From the NCBI GenBank assembly GCA_963668555.2, contig CAXXIC010000001.1, positions 1,493,662 through 1,557,661 of the forward strand: a stretch of DNA of 64,000 nt, in the 5' to 3' direction. The DNA is from Bacteroidales bacterium. GTDB taxonomy: Bacteria; Bacteroidota; Bacteroidia; Bacteroidales; UBA7332. Below, in pieces: positions 30,086 through 38,864 of this stretch. Every line of letters starts with the position of its first letter. Position 1 is the stretch's first letter. The notes beneath the pieces were generated by a model that saw only the letters and a list, made by a program, of their open reading frames with translations, made no database searches and was not told the DNA's origin. Both the position numbers and the translations under genes were made by a program.

Positions 30086-30886
30086 TTACAATGTCGCTAA
30101 AAACTCTTCTATCTCGGTCAGTTTTCTATATGGCTTCTGCTCTGCCCGCATCAGTCTTTCCCAAAGATGTGATTCCCGTAAATGCTCTATATCGTCAGTT
30201 GGAATATATTCGTTGAAAAACTCCAACATCTTCTTCGACCATTCTATTTCTGGATTATCTATCAACTTAGCCCAATCCCAATATTCTTTAAATTTACAAA
30301 TCAGTCGAATCTGCCACTTTAGTTTTCTGTTTTCAGACAGAGCGCTCCAATCCAATTGATCTTTAAAAAGCTCCAGTGTTCCAGTATTGAAAAATGGATC
30401 GCAGTATCTGAGAAAGAAACTTTCCGAGAAGATGTTCCAATCGATCTTATCTTGATATTGAACCAGCAACTCTCTACTCCAGGGGAAAAGGATATTCGCC
30501 GATAGCGCTGACCAATCGATCAGACCCGAATAATGCTTTACAATATCGGGAGTAATATTATCATCACCGCAGATCGCTGCCCAATCGAGTTTGACATGAT
30601 ACCTGGCAACGAAATCGACATAGTCGGCATAAGAAATAAAGCCACGGTGAGCAATAATCATGGAAAGATTTTGCCAATCCCAACGCTCCTCGAATAATTC
30701 AATTAACTCGCTCGACCAGGGCAATGAGGTATTACCGGATAACTCCTTCCAGTCAAATCGGTCCTGATTCTCAATCAAAAACTCTTTACTCCAGTTGATT
30801 TCTGTCGACTCTGAAATTCTTTGCCAAAGCTCTTTTTCTTTTTCCGCTTCGAAAATTGCGAAAGCTGTTGTTTGCAATTCTGCCAT
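30086..30886 (-). CDS. Tryptophan-rich ~23-aa repeat protein
   Basis: Recurrent DWxxLSxNxxLxWSxxL unit: DWKELSGNTSLPWSSEL, DWSALSANILFPWSREL, DWSALSENRKLKW, DWAKLIDNPEIEWSKKM. Confidence 0.85.
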   Translation of the reverse strand: MAELQTTAFAIFEAEKEKELWQRISESTEINWSKEFLIENQDRFDWKELSGNTSLPWSSELIELFEERWDWQNLSMIIAHRGFISYADYVDFVARYHVKLDWAAICGDDNITPDIVKHYSGLIDWSALSANILFPWSRELLVQYQDKIDWNIFSESFFLRYCDPFFNTGTLELFKDQLDWSALSENRKLKWQIRLICKFKEYWDWAKLIDNPEIEWSKKMLEFFNEYIPTDDIEHLRESHLWERLMRAEQKPYRKLTEIEEFLATL

Positions 30887-30921
30887 AACTTGTTTCTCCT
30901 CTATTTATCGGTTAATGATAT

Positions 30922-30957
30922 TGCAAAGGTAGAAGGTGGGTATGCCAGAATGTGGCG
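30922..30957 (-). promoter_or_regulatory. Promoter with palindromic operator CGCCA-N5-TGGCA, 11 nt upstream of -7 TACCTTTG
   Basis: Identical geometry to the site at 32346-32381. Confidence 0.7.
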
Positions 30958-30984
30958 GAGTGAAAAAAGAAAGAGAAATAAAAA

Positions 30985-31023
30985 AAGTGACTGCTTTTAG
31001 AACCGTACTAAAAACAGTCACTT
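30985..31023 (-). terminator. Terminator after the 31039-32232 gene
   Basis: AAGTGACTG-CTTTTAG / CTAAAAA-CAGTCACTT arms with an adjacent A run. Confidence 0.75.
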
Positions 31024-31038
31024 ATGCATTAACCGTGT

Positions 31039-32232
31039 TTAATTATTGCTTTTAGAACTATTTAAACTTCTTGGCATAAGCTGAAGTCGTATATTCTTAC
31101 CAACAAGATCTAATTCATTCTTTAGCCCTTGAATGAAAGAATGATCCAATTCTTTTATAATAGCTTTGCTCATTTCCACATTAAACCTGTCTATATCACT
31201 ATATTTTAAATATATAATATCAGAAAGCTCTTGCAATCTAGGTAGATTATCTCTTAACCTCAATAATACCTTATCCATTGATTCCACATGATCTAGTGAG
31301 ACATATCTAACATCAGAAATAAAATCTTTGAATGAATGGAATTCTTCTTCATATTTGAAAAACAATTCAAATTCAGCAGAATCGTTGCCTTTTTTAATAA
31401 AAACGCATCCGTCTTTTACAATAAAGCTACTTATTTGTTTTGTGGATATTATTTCACCATCTTTCGTATAATACTCTATTTTATCAATTTGATTATTACA
31501 CCAATCAGAGAAATGATCTTTATCGATTTGATTAAAAAGTCGAGTAAAGAATGATATTTTGCTTTGCGAGTATCTTTTTCGTTCTTGTGTCTGTAAACGA
31601 AACTGAAATTTCTGGATTAAGGACTGGTTGTCAAATTCTTCAATTAAGTAGTTATACTTTGTCGTTTTGCTTAATCTTTTATTGGCTTTATATTTAGATA
31701 AGGTGTGAACCTCTTCTAAACTTGAAATAATTTCTTCTTGCTGCTTCGGTGAAATATCAGCATTTTTGCAAATAACTTCGTTTTGGTTAGCTATTACATA
31801 GAAAATATACATTTCATTTTGGTTCTTGAAAAATCCACATTCGTAATCAGGATTGATTTCACTATTAATAGTTGAAACAAGTCCTTCTAATGTTAAATTA
31901 TTATCTCCATTTTCATTCCATTGATTCGAAAGATAGATATAATTATGATCTTTTTCAGGAAAGTAATCACTGATGTCAATATTATTAATAAAGCAACGCT
32001 TCCTTAACTCTACTTCTTCTGCCTCTTCTCGAAAAACAGTAAACAAGGCTATATTCCCTATCGATTGAATCTTATATTCAGCCACATGTTTTTTACTTCT
32101 TTCACTGTTCACTTTAATTTTCTGGCTTTCACTTTTTATCAGTTTTTCCAATATTCCATTATTAGCAGCCCACAAAATCACTTTCAATGCAAATCCTTGA
32201 CGTTTGCTATCAGAGATACTTAAGTTGTTCAT
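31039..32232 (-). CDS. AT-rich hypothetical protein with a putative C-terminal HNH (His-Me finger) nuclease motif
   Basis: SLDHVES ... NIRLQLMPRSLNSSKSN resembles the DH...NL.LL...NSSKSN motif of GmrSD/DUF1524-type HNH domains. Confidence 0.6.
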   Translation of the reverse strand: MNNLSISDSKRQGFALKVILWAANNGILEKLIKSESQKIKVNSERSKKHVAEYKIQSIGNIALFTVFREEAEEVELRKRCFINNIDISDYFPEKDHNYIYLSNQWNENGDNNLTLEGLVSTINSEINPDYECGFFKNQNEMYIFYVIANQNEVICKNADISPKQQEEIISSLEEVHTLSKYKANKRLSKTTKYNYLIEEFDNQSLIQKFQFRLQTQERKRYSQSKISFFTRLFNQIDKDHFSDWCNNQIDKIEYYTKDGEIISTKQISSFIVKDGCVFIKKGNDSAEFELFFKYEEEFHSFKDFISDVRYVSLDHVESMDKVLLRLRDNLPRLQELSDIIYLKYSDIDRFNVEMSKAIIKELDHSFIQGLKNELDLVGKNIRLQLMPRSLNSSKSNN

Positions 32233-32345
32233 TGTTATTTATTATTATGTTAATATTAAACGAATCGCAAGTTACCAAAACATTTTAATTCTCTTTGTTT
32301 AAATCCAATTTAATTACCAATCAAAAATCTTGATCCTGATTCTGT

Positions 32346-32381
32346 GGCAAAATTACCCCTTCTCTACGCCAATATATGGCG
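32346..32381 (-). promoter_or_regulatory. Promoter with perfect palindromic operator CGCCA-N5-TGGCG, 11 nt upstream of -7 TAATTTTG
   Basis: Identical geometry to the site at 30922-30957. Confidence 0.7.
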
Positions 32382-32599
32382 ATGTAAAGAATAAAATTTC
32401 AAATAGTGTTCTGAATTAGCTATTATTTCAAACAACAACACAGTTAACTTCCGCCCAATATTCAACACGATTTCTTTTTCCACCTCAAAACATCAATCTC
32501 TAATAGTCTTTATTTTGCACCCTCGCAAACAAAACAAAATCCCGACCCACCCTCCGGCAGATCGGGACTTCCCTTAAAAATCATCAAACAATCCCTACC

Positions 32600-33346
32600 C
32601 TACTTCGCACCCGAAGTATTGGTGGCGCTATTTGATTCCGTCTTCGATGACTTAGGGTGCGGAATACTCAGCACAGACGAATCAAATCGGTCGTTCAGAT
32701 TCTTCTGCAAGGCCACCCAGTCAGGTTGTTTTTCGGTAGAGACAACCATACTGCCCACCCAAAGTTCGTACTCAAGCATATCAGCCTGCAACGCTTCGCG
32801 AATCGGAGCCGTGGCAGCCGCCTCGCGATACTCCAACCGGGAGGTGCGGGCATCACGATAGTATTTCTCCACGATCTGAGCCGACGCCTCAAGTCCGCTT
32901 AGGATATTCTCCATTTTCAGTACAACGATCGCATCGGCATAATCCGGCAGTCGCAATACCTTAAGCGCATTGGCAAGATTTATAATCTGTTCGGGGCGCT
33001 TTTGCTTGCTGTAATTGAAGAGAAACGGCTTCATCCGATTATAAAGAGGTTCAGCAATCGCCTTTTCCGCATCATCGAAAGAGCCAAGCTTTCCCTTTAG
33101 TCCATTCATCACCTTTGCGACCAGGCTGTTACGTTTCAGCATTTCAGCATCACGCATCCGACAGATTTCGTTGTCATTTTCCGTCTGAAGGGCATCATTC
33201 ATGGTTGTCAACCGAAGTACCAGATTTTGGAATCTGGCGTTGTTTTGCACTTCGGGTAAAACCGTTTCTTTCCCATCGTTTACGATCATGCTTGCGCAGT
33301 TTACCAACACGAGGTTGGACATTCTTGATAAAATGTAATTTTTCAT
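32600..33346 (-). CDS. DUF6261-like helical protein
   Basis: 248-aa all-helical ORF resembling Bacteroidetes DUF6261 proteins (recognised by overall pattern, not confirmed); TCCCGA/TCGGGA hairpin downstream at about 32541-32568. Confidence 0.55.
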   Translation of the reverse strand: MKNYILSRMSNLVLVNCASMIVNDGKETVLPEVQNNARFQNLVLRLTTMNDALQTENDNEICRMRDAEMLKRNSLVAKVMNGLKGKLGSFDDAEKAIAEPLYNRMKPFLFNYSKQKRPEQIINLANALKVLRLPDYADAIVVLKMENILSGLEASAQIVEKYYRDARTSRLEYREAAATAPIREALQADMLEYELWVGSMVVSTEKQPDWVALQKNLNDRFDSSVLSIPHPKSSKTESNSATNTSGAK

Positions 33347-33590
33347 TACTGTAAATGTTTAGTAAAAGTTTAGTTCATAAATAATCCTCCATCTTCATTG
33401 TCATAATTAGTTTTTTAATTTGGCATTTCTCACAGCAGATTATTTATCAGGGGCGGAGGTACAGCAGGTGTTGAACACCACCGGCTTGATTTTGCCCTTC
33501 GATAAATAAGTATACTGTGGCGATTTTTGCTTACAGCAGCCTTCCTACCAGACAGGCCAGTGTATATCACTGATTACCTGAGATAAACAG

Positions 33591-33780
33591 CTTTGCTTGG
33601 TTTTCGCAAACGTGTTTCGCTCTTCGGAAAATTGCTTTTGCGATTTTCGCAAACATGATTTTCCGTATGGAAAATGACCTTTGTTTTTTTCGCAATGGCT
33701 ATTTTCTCATAGGAAAATGAGCTTTGCGAATTTTACAAAGGCAGTTCGCAGTAGCGCGAATGACCTTTGCGAAACCCAAA
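33591..33780. repeat. Degenerate tandem array, 43-bp period, about 4.5 units, each made of two short palindromes
   Basis: TTTTCGCAA at 33601, 33644 and 33687; GGAAAA at 33626, 33669 and 33712; TGA ends at 33677, 33720 and 33763. Confidence 0.8.
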
Positions 33781-33968
33781 TACATGCGTTACCGTCCGTT
33801 TTTGGGCTTGCCGATCAATACAGGAACATCCTAAATAAAAAGAAAAGCGCTTCGACAGATTCCCGCGCGTGGCCGATTGTCATACTATCATGTTTTTCAC
33901 ATTATGCGTCATCTCTGTGGGAAGACATTTTCCTCTATTCGGATTCCTTTTCTCAGTAAATGGGGTAT

Positions 33969-34050
33969 AAAATGCTTCGCTAAGCATCTTGGGTGAATAA
34001 CCTAAACCGTTCTTTGATTACCTTAAACAACTAATATAACCTAATGATCT
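33969..34050 (-). ncRNA. Candidate sRNA related to 946-1010
   Basis: Minus strand TATTAGTTGTTTAAGGTAATCAAAGAACGGTTTAGGTTATT, then hairpin AAGATGCTT-AGCG-AAGCATTTT. The -7-like TATATTGCA is imperfect. Confidence 0.35.
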
Positions 34051-34500
34051 GATGCAATATAATGGAATTACTTTAATTTACAATTACATATTTTTACGCT
34101 TATAAGCGATATGCATAATGTTTTTTACCCATCTCATACGCTTTATGCATCGTTTTTGCGTTAATTCGTAAGTTTATACCCGAAGGCCACTTTCAAATTA
34201 AAACATGTAGCTACCCTAAATATACGAATCTGTAAGTTTCAATCAGGTTTCTTTAGTATTGTATTTTCCTTAAAATAACATCATTTTGTTGACAAGTTTT
34301 CTATCATGGAGAATAATCATGAGAAATACCCATTCTTTATCGGAGTGATTGAAGTGTAAAAAGGGAAGATAGTAATAAGAATAGGACAGAGTAAACGGAT
34401 TTTCTTGTAAGTCAATGGTAGCTATATGCGCTAGCAGACAAACACCGAAAAACAGAATGGAGGATTAGAAAAATGAGGGATATGAACACACACCATCTAA

Positions 34501-34602
34501 AGTTATCAACAGCAATCAGACAAGTGTTGATAACTATATTATATCATACATAATCAATGGAATGCCCGGATATATAAACTATAAAAAGGTAAGTTTTGAA
34601 CA
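34501..34602. repeat. 102-bp dispersed repeat, copy B
   Basis: Same orientation as copy A, offset 6094 bp. Confidence 0.85.
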
Positions 34603-35025
34603 GGCATGTTAATAAAGTGAGAAGAAATAAACCTCTAAGAAAACGCGAATTTCCAGGAGCATTTTACACAAAACAGATATAACTACACGCTCGCCTGACC
34701 CAGATGCACAAGCTGTTTTTCACATTTACTGTCATCTATCAGTGCGGCTGCCTTTCCTTACGCTCTGTAAAGACAATCGTCACGCACTATATTGGAAGTA
34801 ATCAGGAAAACGCTCTGCACATTCAATGCTGAGCAAGAAGAGAGGAGTGGCTACGAACAATCGATAGCCTTGAAAAAATTGAGAAGTATTCTCTGAAAAA
34901 CAAATGAGACTATCTCCCGAATTAGAGACAGCCTCATTTATCACATTATTCTCAAATCTTGGTTGCACATCCGGATAGATAAAATACAAACTGCAATCCA
35001 CTTAAAACACATACTTTATTCAAAA

Positions 35026-37911
35026 TTACTTTTTGAAATAACTTTCAGTCGGTCCAAGGTAAGACGGTTTGTCACCACCGGTATTAATCACTATTTTCTG
35101 TACAGCGACAATCGGATCCACCATACAAACTTTAAAAGTGTGATAACCCGGTTTGTCAACTTTTACGGTTGCCACAAGCTTACGGATACTTTCTTTGACC
35201 GAGGCATCCCAACCGCCTCCATCACGCCCTTCGCCATGAAGGGAGCCGACTTTCACTTCCAGAATCTGCGGTGCAGAATCATCCATTGAAACGGCCAGTT
35301 TCAGAGTCTGTCCGGCAACAAAATTGATAGTTGGAGAGATATAAACGGAGGCTTTATGTTCACCGGGCGTGAAGAAATAAATCTTGTATTCCAGCGAATT
35401 CTGACCGGAAACCTGTCCGTTGGTCGGGAAAGGAACCATCGCAGACAACGTTCTTCCCAAGCCCGGAACTTTTTCCCAACTCACTGGCTGTCCGGTTGTT
35501 TTCGAGGTAAAGTGTTCCGCTTCCATCGAAACCACGCCATTGCTTTCTACAAAACCCTGCAGATTCTGACGGGTAGGATAAGCCGGATTAGCGACTTTTA
35601 CATTCACTGTAAAGTCTTTTCCTGCGGCTGTGATTTTCACCTTTGCCGGAATACTGTTTCCTACCGGAACCAAATCCCAGTCAACAGATACATTCAGTCT
35701 TATTTCATCCGCAACGCTACCCTTTGCAGGTGTAATATTCAACCACTTAGCGGATGCTTTCACTTTATAGGAAAATGATTTACTCCCCTTATTAAACAAA
35801 CTAACCCAGTGGCTTTCGCGGGTATATGAGCTGAATTCCGGTAATTCGAGTTGAGCATCAGCAGCATTCAGTGCCGAAGCAACACAACCTTCTACCGCAA
35901 CAGCAGGTTGTGACATATTATTGCCGGAAACTGATGTCACTTTCGGCATTATATTGGTTTTTGGATCGCTCCAACTGGTATATCCGATGTGGGTTTGAGT
36001 CATCATTCCTTTCCATCGACCATTCCCGATTGTATGATATTCTACCGACAATAGGCTATCCGTCCGGAAACATTCGCGTGCTTTTTCTGCCCATTTGTTT
36101 GCTACTATTCCATCCTGAGCTGCATAGAAGCGGTTTTGAGCAACTGCGTAATAAAGCTCATGAAGATTAGCAGAAGCTTTAGCCGGATGAAGGACTAACT
36201 GGAAGAAAGCATCACGGTATTCGGCTGGAATTACCTTGTAGATTGAATCCGCCTTTTGAGCAATCTTATTGTAGTCTGCCACCGCTGTTTCGGCTTCGTT
36301 GTAGTTCTCCAGGCTATAAGTGTTAGCATTGAGGAATTCAGGCTTACAACGGCTGTTATACATTGTGTACTTTTCTATAATCTCTGCAACATCAGCTGCA
36401 TACTTCGATCCGAATTCACGTTCGGCCCACAAACGGCAGTGTTCGGCAACCTGATCTTTACCTAAGCGCTTAGGATTCCAGGCCAGATCCATAAAAAACT
36501 CAATCGGATATTCCACGGGTTTAATATCTCCCACATTTACAATCCAAAGACGGTCGGCTCCATAGTCATACGCCTTGCTCATCTGCTCCCAGATTTTGGC
36601 TGTCTGATTTGTGTTAATCCATTTATAACTACGCGGGGCTCCCACATAGTCGAAATGGTAATAGATTCCGGCACCACCCGAACGCTTGCGTTCCAGATCG
36701 GTAGGTACACGACGCAGGTTCCCCCAGTTGTCATCGCACCAAAGCATGGTTATATCATCCGGCACCCGCATCCCGTGCTCATAGTAGTCCTGAACCTCTT
36801 TATACAAAGCCCATACCTGCGGAACCTTTGTAGCTCCCTGAGGAAAGTATTTGGACAAAATCTGACGTTGGTCTGTAACTATATTTTCCAGCAGCTTGAC
36901 GTTGGCATCCATATCTTTGGATGCAGACATCCTCTCATCCCCATCTCCACGCATCCCCATGGTCACAACACTCTCAAAATCTTTATTACGAGCGATTCCA
37001 TCTTCCCAGAACTTAGAAAGACCGTCTTTGTTCGTCTCGTAGTTCCAGGCACCTTTACCCACTCTTTTCCACTCCTGCTGTGAACGAATCATCGGTTCAT
37101 GGTGAGATGTGCCCATCACAATGCCGTACTCATCAGCAAGTTTAGGATTCAACGGATCATCCATATTGAACGCTCCCCACCACATCGCCGGCCAGAGGTA
37201 GTTGCCACGAAGGCGAAGAATCAAATCAAAAACATGGGTGTAAAATTTACTGTTTAGACCACCGAATTTCCACGCAACCCAGGTCGCAATTGCCGGGGCT
37301 TCATCATTGATAAAAATACCGCGATACTTCACGGCAGGTTCTCCGCGGGTAAAAGTACCATTTTTCACCCAAATTTCCTGGTGCGAAGCGACAGGAACAT
37401 CTGCCCACCAATTCCAGGGAGAGACTCCTATTTGCTCCGAAAGGTCATACATCCCGTAAATCGTTCCCCGCTTGTCACTTCCGGCAATGACCAGAGCTGA
37501 TTCAACGCCAGGGAAAGGATTACTGACCGTTTGTATTTTAAAAGTTTCCCATTTGTTTTTGAGATTTGAGGTGTCTATTTTACCGGAAGCTATCAACTGG
37601 TCAATGAGCTTACTTTTCCCAATTGTACCGACGATAATAGCTTTAGCCGGAAGCTTTTCTATCTCCAGGACTTTTGGTTCGAGAGAAGACACCCGTCGGA
37701 TATCGTTCGCAAATTCCCCTGCCACTCTTTTCACACCTGGATAATCAGCGGAAGAAATAATTATGGGCAATGCAGTACCATTGGCAACCAGTGGGAATGT
37801 GTTGTTTTGCTTTTGAAAATAAATGTACTGTTCGTAGCCAACAGCATAAGATTTTCCTGCTATACAAATGATTAGTAATAGCAATAAGCTACGAAATTGA
37901 AAAGATTTCAT
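35026..37911 (-). CDS. GH115 alpha-(4-O-methyl)glucuronidase
   Basis: Signal peptide; KYRGIFINDE, GNYLWPAMW, MGTSHHEPM, WCDDNWG and YYHFDYVGAPR motifs. Confidence 0.95.
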   Translation of the reverse strand: MKSFQFRSLLLLLIICIAGKSYAVGYEQYIYFQKQNNTFPLVANGTALPIIISSADYPGVKRVAGEFANDIRRVSSLEPKVLEIEKLPAKAIIVGTIGKSKLIDQLIASGKIDTSNLKNKWETFKIQTVSNPFPGVESALVIAGSDKRGTIYGMYDLSEQIGVSPWNWWADVPVASHQEIWVKNGTFTRGEPAVKYRGIFINDEAPAIATWVAWKFGGLNSKFYTHVFDLILRLRGNYLWPAMWWGAFNMDDPLNPKLADEYGIVMGTSHHEPMIRSQQEWKRVGKGAWNYETNKDGLSKFWEDGIARNKDFESVVTMGMRGDGDERMSASKDMDANVKLLENIVTDQRQILSKYFPQGATKVPQVWALYKEVQDYYEHGMRVPDDITMLWCDDNWGNLRRVPTDLERKRSGGAGIYYHFDYVGAPRSYKWINTNQTAKIWEQMSKAYDYGADRLWIVNVGDIKPVEYPIEFFMDLAWNPKRLGKDQVAEHCRLWAEREFGSKYAADVAEIIEKYTMYNSRCKPEFLNANTYSLENYNEAETAVADYNKIAQKADSIYKVIPAEYRDAFFQLVLHPAKASANLHELYYAVAQNRFYAAQDGIVANKWAEKARECFRTDSLLSVEYHTIGNGRWKGMMTQTHIGYTSWSDPKTNIMPKVTSVSGNNMSQPAVAVEGCVASALNAADAQLELPEFSSYTRESHWVSLFNKGSKSFSYKVKASAKWLNITPAKGSVADEIRLNVSVDWDLVPVGNSIPAKVKITAAGKDFTVNVKVANPAYPTRQNLQGFVESNGVVSMEAEHFTSKTTGQPVSWEKVPGLGRTLSAMVPFPTNGQVSGQNSLEYKIYFFTPGEHKASVYISPTINFVAGQTLKLAVSMDDSAPQILEVKVGSLHGEGRDGGGWDASVKESIRKLVATVKVDKPGYHTFKVCMVDPIVAVQKIVINTGGDKPSYLGPTESYFKK

Positions 37912-38031
37912 GACCTGATTTTATCAAAGGTTTTTAATGATTGAATGCCGGATACCGAAGGTTTAGCTCCGGTCCGGCATCAATTTTTGACTCGTATATA
38001 AAACTAATAAGTTTTATTGGAATAGCCTAAC

Positions 38032-38847
38032 TCACACTCCGCTGTATGCTGAGAATCCTCCATCAACGGGCAATACGACACCGGTAATAAAGCTTGCTGC
38101 ATCACTGCAAAGGAACTGTATAGCACCGTTTAACTCATTGATATCACCAAAACGGTTCATCGGGGTTTTAGCCAGTACTTTTATGCTACGATCTGTCAAC
38201 GATCCATCCGGATTGAGCAATACCGCACGGTTCTGGTCTCCAATGAAGAAGCCCGGTGCAAGTGCATTTACACGTACTTTATCGCCATACTTCTGAGCAA
38301 ACTCCATCGCCAGCCACTGGGTAAAGTTACTGATGCCTGCTTTAGAAACCGAATAGCCGGGAACGCGGGTAATCGCACTGAAAGCAGTCATTGATGACAT
38401 ATTGATGATGCTGCCACTGCCCTGATCTGCCATTACTTTTCCAAAAACGATGCTCGGATAAACGGTTCCGTTCAGGTTAAGCGCTGTTACTTTTTCCCAA
38501 TCGGATATTTTCATATCAAAGATATGCTGATCGGGATTCAATGTTGCTCCCGGGAGATTACCACCGGCGATATTCAACAGAATATCAATACGGCCCCATT
38601 TCTCTACAATTTGCTTTGCGGTATTTTCCAGGCTTTCGATGTCAAGAACGTTACCTACGTAGCCGATTACATCGCCACCCAATTCTTTAAGTTCTGCCAC
38701 ACGGGCATCCAACTGTTCCTGACGAAGGTCAAGTGCAACTACTTTTGCGCCTGCTTTTACAAAGCTACGGGCTACGCTTCCACCCAACACACCACCGGCT
38801 CCGGTAATTACTGCGACTTTACCGGCAATACTAAACATTTCGTTCAT
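38032..38847 (-). CDS. uxuB: D-mannonate oxidoreductase (SDR)
   Basis: TGAGGVLG and YSVSK motifs; directly downstream of uxuA. Confidence 0.85.
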   Translation of the reverse strand: MNEMFSIAGKVAVITGAGGVLGGSVARSFVKAGAKVVALDLRQEQLDARVAELKELGGDVIGYVGNVLDIESLENTAKQIVEKWGRIDILLNIAGGNLPGATLNPDQHIFDMKISDWEKVTALNLNGTVYPSIVFGKVMADQGSGSIINMSSMTAFSAITRVPGYSVSKAGISNFTQWLAMEFAQKYGDKVRVNALAPGFFIGDQNRAVLLNPDGSLTDRSIKVLAKTPMNRFGDINELNGAIQFLCSDAASFITGVVLPVDGGFSAYSGV

Positions 38848-38864
38848 AATAATTATTTCTCTTA

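Noticed and set aside
33591-33780. CRISPR array
   Set aside because: Units abut with no unique spacers, are degenerate throughout, and no cas genes are in the window. Kept only as a tandem palindrome array.
33681-33959. 92-aa ORF over the repeat array
   Set aside because: TTG start, and the 43-bp period is not a codon multiple, so it is not a coding repeat.
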